From Lama guanicoe (lineage: Eukaryota): 64,000 nucleotides of DNA. The position numbers were made by a program, and so were the translations under genes. The notes beneath the pieces were generated by a model. It worked only from the letters and a program-made list of their open reading frames with translations. It ran no database searches and was not told where the DNA came from. The stretch is taken from NCBI GenBank assembly GCA_013239625.1, contig MU053513.1, positions 3,578,303 through 3,642,302 of the forward strand. Reading direction: 5' to 3'. Shown one piece after another: positions 14,730 through 26,433 of the stretch (within the stretch, counting starts at the first letter, position 1; each line of letters begins with the position of its first letter).

Positions 14730-15410
14730 CTTGCATTACTGTATAAAATTTTATTCACATTGTACAAAATTAGAAAATACATCAAAGTAAAATTTAACTC
14801 GCAAAGCACCATATTCTAATCACCTACAAATAGAACTTTTATCATATTTCCTTCCAGACCTGCAATTTTTTTGTGAGAATGAGATTTTGCTTTACCTGCT
14901 TTTTGCTACCTGCTTTTTTCAGTTAGCAGTTTCTACTTTTTCAGTTCAACAAACGTTCATTTTATCTAATATTCATTCTGTATTCAGATTTCCCCAGTTC
15001 CCCACCCCCTAGAAAAACATCTTGACAGCATTCTGTCCAAACCAGGATCCACTCCAGGGCCAGGGCTCGCATCTGGTGGTTTATGCCCCTTAAGTGTCTT
15101 CTGATTGGCGCAGATCCCTTTTCTCCTAATACCTACCTGTTGTCCTGCCAGTCGTCCTGCAGAATATCTCACTCTCTGGATTTGTTTGGTTCCTTCCCAA
15201 GAGTACAATTTATTATTGTTTCTTTGTCTCTTATATTTCCTATAAAGTGTAGGTTACGTTAAATCTAAATGATTGGTGGATTCCTATTAAACAATTTTGG
15301 ACTAGAGTACGTCCCAGGTGCACTGTATAATCTCTATTGCATCACACCAGGAGAAACATAGTATCAGGTTGACCCACCACTAGTGATGTTGAGTTTGAAT
15401 GTGGGATTAG
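14730..15410 (-). mobile_element. Ancient L1 3' region (L1MC5/L1ME-like)
   Basis: ttcagatttccccagtt...aaccaggatcca...attgcatcacaccaggagaaacatagtatcaggttgacccaccactagtgatg. Confidence 0.6.
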
Positions 15411-16189
15411 GGTCCTGGTTCTTTTAATAGGATTCCAGCAAGAAACTCTCACCAGTTTCCAGCCTGGCTCCAATCATTGCTGCTCCCTCCTCCACCCCTA
15501 TCTCCAGCCAGTCCTGATCCCTCTAAACACTTTTTAAGCAAGAAAGACAAAAGGGAGGAAAGGCAGTAAAAGGCACAGCACTCAGACTGGAAAGCAGAGT
15601 CCAACGTCACGCTGATCCTGCTGCACCAGATACAGCAGGCAGGCTGCACGTCCGGGAGCTGCTCTCTCTCTAGCTGCCAGTCTTCCCAGCTGTCACTGGG
15701 GTCAGAATGCCTTGGCTCTGGTCTCTGTGCCACCACAAGGCAGTCTGCGTAAGATGAATGCTCTCACAAATAGGTTTTGAAAAAGACATAAGCTTACACA
15801 GAAAGCTGGCTCAAGCATTTTGTAAGTTGATCACCTCAAAAGAAGAACTTGGATTTTTTAATTCATTGTGTAAAATCTGGGAAGAAGGAATCAAAATTAT
15901 ATTGTGCAATATTCAGCCTGGGAAATAGGAGACCTGCTTTGTTTGCTTTGTTTTGTTTTGTTTTTGAACAATAAGACTGTGCAGCTTTGGTCAAGTACTT
16001 TTAACACTCTGAGTTTCCACAATCCCCAGCTGTAAAATGGGAATATTCACATGTATAGTGTATAGTTGATGTGAGGATTTCACTATGTCTATAAAGCACC
16101 TTTATCACAGTGAGTGCACAGCTCTCTTCTTCCTTATCTGCTAAGGCTGAGATTTCCTGATCTGCTTCCTGCCTGCCCAGCTCTGATTC

Positions 16190-16620
16190 TGGGGGGGCTG
16201 GGCCTGCAGGCGGAGTTCATTAGTCATATTCGTATATTTTTTCACTAGGTGGGGGAGCGGGGTGAGGGGGGCGGGTCAGAGTAGAAGGCTCAAGGCAGGG
16301 CCTGATCACTGCCAGTGTATGAGCTAGCATTTGATTAGAATGGTACACTGCTGGGTCTTTTACAGAAACCACTGTGACGTGATTTTTTTAATCAAACCTC
16401 AGATTTTGTTGTTTTTTAGTATGTTGGGAGATTAAAGACAAGTTTTGTCACTTAGGGCTGAGGAACAGGAGTGGAGCAGTTAGTATTGGTTCCTGACACC
16501 TTACTCTACCTCTTGTGCTCCAAGCCTTGCACATGTAGGCTAGTAGTCTCATAAAATCAGTGGGAGATGGCCACCCTATAACATTGTGGGGGCTTTATTT
16601 GGCTTTTCAAAATGGTAAGT
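16190..16620 (+). promoter_or_regulatory. Possible internal promoter / alternative first exon
   Basis: Non-repeat G-rich segment with a GC box GGGGCGGG (16268-16275), CRE-like TGACGTGA (16375-16382) and a consensus donor ATG|GTAAGT (16612-16620). Motif evidence only. Confidence 0.3.
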
Positions 16621-16789
16621 CTGAAACCCATATGTCCCTAATGAAAAAGCTGAGAAGTTAGGTAATGCTTATCATCCTAGTGAATGCAGTCCAGCCGTGC
16701 AATTTTTACAGTGGGGGAGGGGAAGAGGACTGTCATAAAAAAACATTATGAATCATCTTTATTTTTAGTGGCAAATTTGACAGTAATAC

Positions 16790-17070
16790 AGGCTAGTAGT
16801 TGTACTGGTTATGAGTGACTTCTGGAACCACAGAGACGTAAATTTGCATTCCAGATCCCCTACTCGCTAACTTTGTGACTCTAAGCAAAGATTAGACCCT
16901 AAGGTTCACATTGCCTCTGGGACCCTCAATTTTCTTTCTTTTTTTTCAGAAGTGAATTGGTTGTTGTGACCATAGCAAGGGTTCTTGTGAGTGTTAAGTT
17001 AGATGATAGATGTGAAGCGTGGCGCGTAATGCATAGTAAGTATTCAAAACTTGGTTGCTGTTTTAATTAT
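16790..17070 (+). mobile_element. MIR
   Basis: ctaactttgtgactctaagcaa...gttcttgtgagtgttaagttagatgatagatgtgaagcg...catagtaagtattcaa. Confidence 0.7.
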
Positions 17071-17783
17071 CATCATTATTATCTTTTCCAAGCAAATATG
17101 GTTTACGCATACTTTCCCTGGAATCTGTATCACAGCTCTCACTCTCAGTGATGCATGGTTGTGAGTCAGAACTCAGACCAAGTGTTGTCATTTCTGCCCA
17201 TCAGGTCTACAGCGGGAATTCTTTTCAACAGTGTTCATTAATGGGTTGGCAAGTCTGATAAAGCACCAAAGAACGGGGTTTTCATAGAAAGTATTAATAT
17301 TTTTGTTTAACATAGGGATAGGATTATTTGAAGCTAAAGCCTTAGGGTGCTATCATTGTTCATTATGAAGTTTGCTACCTTTTTTTTTCTTCCCCCAAAA
17401 TAGCCGTACATTTTCCCTTCCAAATTGAATGGGCTGTGCTAACAGCTATCATGTGGGAGTTTCTGTTGAAGGCCACACGTAATGTGGTTAGTGTGGCTGC
17501 TGAATTTGAATTGCATCTCTTTTCTTTAGTCTACACTGGCTATTCTGCACGTAGTTAAAGGTATTTAATGTATATTAAGTTTCTCACAACTAATGGGCCT
17601 TCTGAGGTCTCAGAAGTAACATAAAGTGAAAGTAAACAAAATGCCTCATTTTTTGGTGCTGAATTTGACTCTGTATAGATCATCCACGTAGTACAAGGCA
17701 TGGATGAAAATGGAAGAGTTAACGGTTTTATTCCCCTACCCCCAAACCTCTTACCTCCAGAATTTTCAAGCAGTTAAAAAAAA

Positions 17784-17939
17784 TTTTTATTGAAGTACTG
17801 TTGATTTATAATGTTGTATTATTTTCAGGTATATACCAAAGTGATTCAGATATATCTATATCTATATCTATATCTATATCTATATCTATATCTACACACA
17901 AGTATACCAAAGTGATTCAGATATATCTATATCTATATC

Positions 17940-17974
<35 letters not shown>

Positions 17975-18010
17975 TTTTTCAGATTCTTTTCCATTATGGT
18001 TTATTATAGG
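17784..18010 (-). mobile_element. Short LINE-1 3'-end fragment with internal duplication and (TATATC)n/(CA)n microsatellites
   Basis: tttttattgaagtactgttgatttataatg...ttcagattcttttccattatgg is L1 3'UTR-like. The unit tataccaaagtgattcagatatatct...acacaca occurs twice. Confidence 0.8.
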
Positions 18011-18224
18011 CATGCAGGTTTTTAAACTTAAGATTAAGTGCTCATTATCAGTAAATTTGGGTATTAAGTATCAGTTCTCCAGCCCAACTAACTGTATATT
18101 TTTCTGTGTGTTAAAATGCTGGTTTAAGGACTAGGATTTGTAGGCCAGGGAGAAATGGGTATTGAGCGCCAGAGGGGCCAACTCCTACAAATAAAGATTG
18201 TTTGCCCTTTGTGCTTTTTCCTAG

Positions 18225-18263
18225 GCGGACTGTCAGACCCTTACTCAGAGGGCAAGATCTACG
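18225..18263 (+). CDS. SLC44A5: Candidate 39-nt symmetric (phase 1/1) coding exon of SLC44A5, xGLSDPYSEGKIY(G)
   Basis: Acceptor tttgccctttgtgctttttcctag| and consensus donor ACG|gtaagt. Open frame that joins exon 45676 in frame. Same length and phase as the recalled human upstream exon (EKPADTPSEEEDFG), sharing D, SE, an aromatic residue and G in register. Confidence 0.7.
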
Positions 18264-18705
18264 GTAAGTCATAGTCTGAGCATTAAGTACTAAGTTAGTC
18301 TAAGAATTCTTTATGACAGTCTTTCTATTAAGAATACATGATTCAAAATCTAAGAACTCCTAAATATTTGGTTGGTCAAGACTAATTGCTGATGATTTTT
18401 CGAGTCCTTTCAAGTGGCTGATTTCTACCTCCTGAAAGGGTCCCGCTGTTTAGGGTTATCAGAGAATCCCCCAAGAGAAACAGCATCTGGCTGCTGCTGC
18501 TTCCTGAGCCCAGTTCATCCCATACATGGTGTTTTCTTCCCATTCTTCCATCTCAGTTTATGACTTTGGCAGTATGTCTTACTGAAATCTTTTTCTGATA
18601 AAAAGTTTCCACTATCTGGCTTCCTAGATGTTTCATTACACCCTATCTTACCCAGTCCTCTTCGTTTTGACACCTGGCTCATTCCTCAGTCAGCCCCTGA
18701 GAGCG

Positions 18706-18866
18706 GAGTCTTGCTACTCCCAGTGTAGTCTGTAGACCAGCAGCCTGGGTATCACCAGGGAGCTTGCTAGAAATGCAATCTCAGGTCCTGCTCCAGACTG
18801 AGTCAGAATCTGCATCTGCACAAGATCCTCAAGTGAATCATGCAGATGAAGGTTTGAGCAGAACTG
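18706..18866. mobile_element. MER5A-type hAT-Charlie element
   Basis: accagcagcctgggtatcaccagggagcttgctagaaatgcaatctcaggtcctgctccagactgagtcagaatctgcat. Confidence 0.85.
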
Positions 18867-20099
18867 GCTTCAAGAACTATTCTTTATGCACTTCCATCGC
18901 CCCTGAGATAGACAAATAAGTAGTTTTCTGCTGTGACTTTCAACACTACTTGGGTTCCAAATCCTCAACTGAAAAGATTGATCTTGTATGTACTTTGATG
19001 CCTCTGTTCTCAGAGTCGCTTTTTTGACTCATATATTTTCATTTTACCTATGTAGATTCTATTATTTACTACACTTACGTAGCATTTTATAGTTTTCAAA
19101 GTTCCTTCACACAGCTTTTGTTATTTGATCACACATGATTTTGCAAAGTGAAACACACATGATCCTATAAAGTGGAAACGTAGGTAACAAAATCTTTTGT
19201 AGAGGCTGTAAATTTCCCTTTGTGATTTCCTAACCTTAGGGATGAAAAATGTACCAGCATTTTTTTTTCCTACCTTAGAAAAAAGTAGAAATCAAGCCTT
19301 TTGGAGCTATCAGAAGTCTGTGAGTTATTCTGGGTAAAAATGTATCATGATTCAAAAATTATGTTTTATTGCTCAGTATGATCAGGGTTATATTTTCATT
19401 CATAAACCTTGCCTTCTTAATTAGGATAAAGTAATTAGGCCTAAAATAAACTCTTCATCTTTCTGACAAGAATTTTAAAATAAACGAGTCAATGAGGAAT
19501 CAGCCCTCCACTTCTGGTATCATAGCCTAAGGTGAGAGGGACCACTGGCACTGCTTCTCCCTGGAGGGGCAAGAGTCAAAGAAAAGGACAAGGCCCAACA
19601 CTAGATATTGCCTTGAGCCCCTGTGCAACTTTCCTTCTCCCGGAGAAGGTTTACATGGGGGAGCTCACCACTGCATCATGGCCCGGGAGGAACTATTGGG
19701 TTTGCATCCCCTGCAGGTGCGTCTATACTGGGGGAAACACTTCCAGACCCTAAGAGTGCTACACCCCGGAGTTCAGAGTGACTGGGTAAACAGACATTGC
19801 AGGTGGATTAGGTGCCATTTTTATCTTTTCTCTTTTGCCCAATCAACATGTACACTTATTCTCAAGAGCCTAATGTTAGAGAAAGCTTAACTGTGATTAA
19901 CAGTGTGGGTGAGCTTGAGAGAGTTGGAATGTTGATGAGGTCAGCTCGTAGAAAGCGTTCTTCCACAGCCCTCTGTTCCAAAGAAGCTGAGACCCAGAGA
20001 AGCCTGTACTTGCTCCCATGTGCTCTGCCTCCTCTGCTCTTACGAGGAAGGAAAATCTTCATCCTCTCTGAGGCTAGTACCTCCTCAAGGACCTTGCTA

Positions 20100-20920
20100 T
20101 GAAATCACCCCCTCCCTCCTGCACCATTCCCATCCACATGCAAACATGCCTTAATATTGGCCCCCTGGAATTTTTTAAAAAGCTCCAGTGACTGCCTCCT
20201 CATCCTCTTCCAACTCTTTCCCTGTTTCTTGCTTTCTCTCACAGAGAACTCCTCAAAGGAGTTGGCTGTAGGTACTGACTCCACTTTCTTCCCTCCCAGC
20301 CTCTCATTAACCCTCAACTACTGGAGTTACCTTTGCGCTATTTCATAAAACAGCTTTTTACTCAAATTTCCAAAAACTTCTATTTTGCTCCTCCAGTGAA
20401 GAATTATTCTTTCTCATCTTACTCTTCTTCAGCAGCATGTAACACATCCAGCCACTCTTCTGTGTCTTTTGAAATACTTTCTCCTTCTGCTTCCATGATA
20501 GCGCACTCTCCTGGTTCCTCCTCTCTCCTTTATCTCCTCCTCCTCCTCCTCTGCCCAGTCTCTAACATTTAGAATCTGAATATTGGAGAGTCCCATGATG
20601 CATTTTTTTCCTTTCTGTACTCTCCTAGGTGGTATCATGTGGTCCCATAGTTTTAAAGCCCATGAATATGCCATTAACTCCTGCATTTTTATCTCTGACC
20701 CTGATTGCTCTATCTTTCTCCAGACTTGTTTGTTCAACTTTCCATCCCACCAAACCTGCTCTTGGCTCCCTCTCTTCCAGTCTCTAAGAAGGACTCTAAA
20801 TTTACCATCTCCAATGCATCACTTCATTCAAGCCACTGTCCTTCCTCATTTAGATACTTAAAATAGCCACTTAACTGGTTTTTAAGCCTTAGCCATGGCT
20901 CTACTATGGTCCACTCTCAA
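20100..20920 (+). mobile_element. LINE-2 body fragment
   Basis: Pyrimidine-rich ...gtcccatagttttaaagcccatgaatatgccattaactcctgcatttttatctctgaccctga... Confidence 0.75.
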
Positions 20921-21118
20921 CAGAATAGTGTAACGGCAAATTATATTCCTGGAGTCACATGGTGAGCTGAACAAATAACCAACTGCTGTGTAAAATTTCA
21001 AAGCACAAATACTACGATTTAATATTACCTTTTCCCTTTAAGCATGCTTTATTTAATGTGCTAATTTAGTCAGTTTTAGTTTATTTGGTACTAAATGTAG
21101 GAATCACAAGACCAAATA

Positions 21119-21354
21119 CAGTTGACACTTAAACAAGGTAGGGATTATGGGCACCTACCTTCTGGCAGTCAAAAATCTGCCTATAATTTCTGGTTGGCCC
21201 TCCCTATCTACAGTTCCTCTATATGCTGTTTTCCATATCTGTGGATTCAGCCAACCACAGATCATGAAGTGTTGTAGTATTTACTATTGAAAAAAAAAAT
21301 CTGCAGTAAGTAGACTCTCACAGTTCAAACATGCGCTGTATAGGGGGTCAACTG
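21119..21354. mobile_element. MER8-like (Tigger2-derived) non-autonomous DNA transposon
   Basis: Terminal inverted repeats CAGTTGAC...GTCAACTG, TA on both sides (21117-21118, 21355-21356), 236 bp, internal gtggattcagccaaccacagatc motif. Confidence 0.88.
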
Positions 21355-21786
21355 TATTACATTAGCCTTGTGGACAGTGTGCTATTTTGGATATTGGCTA
21401 TTTTGACTTTACTCTTTTGACCACCACATTTTGATTCTGACATTTTGACTCAATTTAAAACTGAGGTTATTTTGACTGTTTCTAAATACCAATATTTAAA
21501 TCAGATTTATATCAACATCAGTGAATTTGGGGGAGTAAAGTGTTTTTTGTTTTTTGGTTTTTTTGAGAGGAAGGATGATAAATTCTATTGCTTAGTTTGA
21601 TTTCTTATTTTTTTGGATAGTCGTGTTAAATTATTTATGGTTTTGTCCTTATTTATCCTACTAAACTTATTTTAATTGGACTATAACATTTTGTGTCAGT
21701 TTTAAAATAAAGATTTGATTAATTATTTATACTTTATCTACATCAAGTTTCATCAACTACAGATGTTTCATTAAGTATTTTTGTGG

Positions 21787-21857
21787 TCAATCCAGCTTGT
21801 CCATATCCAGCTCAATCCAGCTTGTCTTATCTCTACTCAATCCAGCTTGTCCATATC
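21787..21857. repeat. Minisatellite, period 25, ~2.8 copies
   Basis: TCAATCCAGCTTGTC starts at 21787, 21812 and 21837. Confidence 0.9.
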
Positions 21858-22052
21858 AAATATTATAAAATGATATGATTCTTATATGAATCTTTGGTCA
21901 ATAAATACTGCTCTGAGAACTTTTAGCTAGTGTCAATTCTATTTTCTATTAATTATTTCTCTAAAAGGTTAATTTTTACAGTTTTCAGAGTTACTAACAA
22001 TATTTGATTCTCCAACCTATTTTTTATTAAAAAAGAAAAAAAATTACTTCAC

Positions 22053-22083
<31 letters not shown>

Positions 22084-22091
22084 GTGTGTGT
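22053..22091. repeat. (TA)n-(TG)n compound microsatellite
   Basis: Seen directly in the sequence. Confidence 0.9.
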
Positions 22092-22864
22092 ATCTTTAGC
22101 ATTGTTTTATTTTTCAGGATAATTTCTGCCTAGGCTAATTTTACTTGAGTCAAATTGTATTTTTTGTTAAATGTCCTCTGTCAAAATGCCAAGGTTAAAA
22201 TATTCAGCTATAATTTTAATTGCTCTTTTTTTTTCCTCAGGCAGGATATCACAGTTAGCTAGAGCTATAACAATGGAAAATTATTGCTAAAACAGGTTTG
22301 ACTTCAAATAGAAATTCCAGAAAGCCTAGAGGCATCTTGGGGGAGCAAATGTAAATTTAAGGGAAAGGGACATATTTCTTCTTGAGGCAAAACATGTAAA
22401 GTTGACTTCTGATACCCTGGGAGAGAGCTCTCTCCTTACGTTGGAGCTTTTATTTCCCCTGGAAATCCAAGCTGGCTTCCTCTCTCTCCGTAACACTGCC
22501 TGCCTCTTGGCACAAAATGTTGCAATCAGCTATTCCACATCTATGTTAACAAGAGTCTTCTGAAGCAGGAACTATTTGAAATATGTGATCTTCTTACATT
22601 ATTAAATAGGACACCCTTTATTTTAGTTTTTGGTAGCTTGGTTTAAGTAACTGAAATGTGTATGTCTCTCATTATTAACTCTTGAAATGGTTTGGACTTT
22701 GCCTGCCTGCTCTTCTAAATTATTAAACGTAGATAAAGTTGGATATTCTGTAATGGAGTTTATTTTATTTTCCAATTTTTTTTTTTATTTTCTTGAGAAT
22801 CAGGAAGGCTGAATTTTATGCACAATAGAAAGCTATCTGGGTCTTTGGGGGAGTTGCTGTGACA

Positions 22865-23165
22865 ACAACAACAATAATATTTACATAGCACTTACTCTGT
22901 GTTGGACACTATTCTAAATGCATTATGTATGCTAATTTACTTAATCTCTCCAACTACTCTTTTTTTGGGGGGGGGAAGGTAATTAGATTTGTTTGTTTAT
23001 TTGTGTATTAATGGAAGTATTGGGGATCGAACCCAGGTCCTCCTGCATGTACCACTGAGCTATACCTTCCTCCCCTACCCAACTACTCTTTGAGGTTGGT
23101 TTTATTTTCCCCATTTTATAGGTGAGAAAACTGAGGCATCAAGACGTTAAGTAACTTGTGTAAAC
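22865..23165 (-). mobile_element. MIR (split by the SINE at 22963-23078)
   Basis: agcacttactctgtgttggacactattctaaatgc...ccccattttataggtgagaaaactgaggcatc...gttaagtaacttg. Confidence 0.8.
22963..23078 (-). mobile_element. tRNA-Ala-derived SINE (camelid vic-1-like), inserted into a MIR
   Basis: tggggatcgaacccagg...taccactgagctatacc gives A and B boxes on the - strand, with a short internal deletion relative to the copies at 26.3-26.6 kb. TSD ccaactactcttt at 22950-22962 and 23079-23091. Confidence 0.9.
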
Positions 23166-26100
23166 AAGCACAGTAAAGATCTAACAGAAACTGCATAGAG
23201 TTTTCTGCTTTAAAAAGAGTTTGTACCTTTTTTTTAAATTAAAAACAAACTCTTGATTTCCCTGCCTTGAGAAATGGGTTGAGCCTGTAATTTCCCACCA
23301 ATGGATCCTTGCTGCACATTAACAGACAGAGTGTGAAGTCTGGAGTATTTGATACAAGTGGGTTCAGCCCCTCCACTTTTTTGGTACCTACCAAAATCCA
23401 GGAAAGCGAATGTGATTTCCCCACATCAGACTGAGACCACAGCCTCCATCCTCTTTCCTAGCAGACTTCTTAGTTTAGTTCTTCTCTGTAGCACATGCAT
23501 GTTACTTCAAAAACCAGCAAAACTGGTCATGTTACTAAGGAGTGTGTGGAGACAAATAACATTCAGTTGAGATTTATTAAATGCTTGGTTTCTATTACTT
23601 AAACACAGGGGAGTTACATTTTCCTTCCCCTTCCGGCTTTTCTCTGTCTCTGGTGGCGCTGATTCTTCTAAGGAACCTCCCTCATTCCCATTTGGATCCC
23701 ACATCCAGGCTTCTCTGCGGGGTGGTACTCAGCATCCTGTCTGAGCTCTGCAGGAAACCAAGATACACCTGTGAACGTTGCCTGAGTGTTGTGAGTGCAA
23801 CCTGTACATCATAATCTCTAGCAGGGCTGCTCTGCTTTCTGCCCCAGGAGTTTTATTCCTCTGTCGCCTCTCTGCAGCCAATGAGATTGACTCTGAAGTT
23901 TCCTGGTGGTTCTCCATAGTCCCCGCTTTGGATCAGCGCGGTCAGGGTAGGCTGTATTCTTGGTCTTCGGCAGTTGTAGGCATTTTAGTCACTAGCATTT
24001 AGTCATCTGTCCTATGCCAGATATTTGGGACCTGAAGGAACCTTCAGGATCGTCATCAGTCCTTTCCTTTTATAGGTGAAGAGTTTGAAGTTCGGAGGCT
24101 TTAAAGGACATGCCCCAGATGATTAGTGCTGGGCCAGGATCAGACCCAGATCTTTCAGTCTGTGCTCTTTCAACGTCATGCTTTTTTGCCCTTACACTTT
24201 CAATTTGAGGTTTTTGGTTGTACCAAGACTTTTATAATATTTGTACATTTCCCCTAAAAGCTGAAAAATGTTAACAAGTGTCCCTAGCTTTTTTAACAAG
24301 ATACCAAGCATGCATTATTATGCAAAAATAGGTCCAGATCCCAATGTTTCCAGTCAGAGATTCATGATACAAGTTTGCTTATTAACAAAAGTCCCCACCC
24401 ATTTGTTTTTTCTAGTTCTGTAGCTTCATATTTGCATTTTATCATAGTTTGGTTTGCTCTTGTAGGGGAGGGTGACAGCAGAGCCCTTTAGCACAAGGGC
24501 AGGAGGTAAGGAATACTTATTCTATACAAATTGCATGGGACAGTCACCTTTGGGCATTTATAAGCATACAGTCTTGACCATTTTTGTAACAGGAAACCAT
24601 GCTTGGGGATATTCTGATCACTGTGCTACATGGGCCTGAGTCAGTTCCAGTAGTTAGACAGAAGAAAGGAGTTATAAAAGAGTGGGAATGTTTCAAGTGA
24701 AGTAAATTCCTATAAGCAAATCATAACAGTGATGACCTTCTTTCTAAAACACTTTTTTCAGATGTAGATAGCTATATGTTATAGCTTTGAATACAAAGAG
24801 TCCAGAAATTCTCTCTTTCCTCCTAGAACTAAAGGAAAGCCTGTAATGTTAGTATGTGAGCTTGACCTTCTTTGCCAGGTTCCCAGGTCTGCCTTATTAA
24901 CAGCAGAGAGTGGAGCACTGAGGAATATAATTTTTCTATTCATCGAAGGACGCTCTTCAGTTAGAACCAGCCTTAGTGGGAAAAAAGCTAAGCTGCTCAA
25001 TTTTATTTTTAAATGGAGATAAATAGTATCTGAGCAGCTGAGAGCTTGCTGAAAAAACTGAATTGCTTAAATGGGAAAGTGCGACTGGAGTTGAGACTAT
25101 GAGCTGAAAGTAGTAACATGGCCAAGTAACAGGAAAGCTTCAACTGGAAACCTGGTAATTGGTTAACCCAGTTCAGCCTTATTCTTCATTCTTCTGGTGA
25201 AGTTTTACTTTTCCTTTCTTTACAAACTTAGCTAACTTCTTCAGTTATTGAAAAAGAAAGCTGCTTGGTTTTTGTATTAACGAGACAGCAGAACTACATT
25301 TCATTGGAAATGTGAAAAAGGATTGAACAAATTCTGATTTCTATTTTAAATAACAATTCTGTGCCAAAGAAAAAATCAACCTCTCTTTAGAGCTTGATTT
25401 AAATTGTTTTCAAAAATGAAATAATAATGTACCTTCCAGGTAGAAAGTTCTCTCGTGGCAGATCCTTTCTATGAATCAGGGTTAGCATCTCAGTTTTAAT
25501 CACTGAATTGAAAAGAACAAGTAATTATTCCACACTAGTTCTTTCTTTTCTTTATTTCAGGAACTCCTAGAAATTGTGATCATCCTTAAAACCAAAATTA
25601 CAAAAAATAAGATTATTTGAAATATTTCTGATATAATACTTCACAGATCATTTGCTTTATACCAAAGTATGTAAGTTGTAAGAAGAAAAGAATGAAACAC
25701 TCTTGCTTTCTTTATATGTCTTCCATAAAACCAAAACAATAAGCAAGATGTGTGCCTGAGGGGAAAATTTCCATTGGACTGTAGTTTAGTATTGCTGACA
25801 AATTTTAATGCATGTTTAACTGGTTGGTATACTTGATGTTTCATACATAAACCTCCGTGTTCTAGGGTAGACTGTGGCAGAATGTGGAAACTTTAAACGT
25901 AGGGAAAGTTCTCATAGTTGCATATACCTCGAGACGCAGAATTCCCTTTAACGGTAATAGACATTTCTTGGAATACTTTTTCTGGACATTTGATTTTGAG
26001 CATTCAAAATACCAATTTGTCCTGAATTTGTAGGTATTTTGTGTGTGTGTATGCGTTAGTGCGTGTGTTCATGTATGTGAAAGAGAGAGCGAAAGCTAGA

Positions 26101-26274
26101 GTCATTTTTGTTAGGATATCAAGGTATCCACTTAAAGTAGATTTTACAAACGCATCTCCAGAAAATTGAGTTGATGTCACCTAAGTCAGAGCTCATTAGT
26201 GAAGGAGTGTAAAGCAAACTGACAAACTGACTTTCCTGATGCGAAACTGTTAGCTGATTCATTCTCTCTCTCTC

Positions 26275-26409
26275 TTTTTTTTTTAATGGGGGATTAGGTA
26301 ATTTTAGCTGTGTGTGTGTGTGTGTGTTTTAAACAGAGGTACTGGGAATTGAGCCCAGAACCTTGTACATGCTAGGCATGCACTCTGCCACTGAACTATA
26401 CCCTCCCCC
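26275..26409 (-). mobile_element. tRNA-Ala-derived SINE (vic-1-like), copy 1 of a tandem pair, with (TG)n in its tail region
   Basis: gaggtactgggaattgagcccagaaccttgtacatgctaggcatgcactctgccactgaactataccctcccc. Confidence 0.88.
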
Positions 26410-26433
26410 AATAAATTTTTTATTTTAGAGCAG

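Noticed and set aside
19678..19722. MAREELLGLHPLQ|gtgcgt as an alternative first exon
   Set aside because: The donor is phase 0, incompatible with the phase-1 exon at 45676, and the peptide is not recognisably CTL5-like.
21787..21860. CRISPR-like repeat-spacer pattern
   Set aside because: Mammalian context, 15-nt repeats with 10-nt related linkers, and no cas genes.
22241..22295. Exon after the strong acceptor tttttcctcag
   Set aside because: Only a weak donor (gtttga) follows and there is no coding resemblance.
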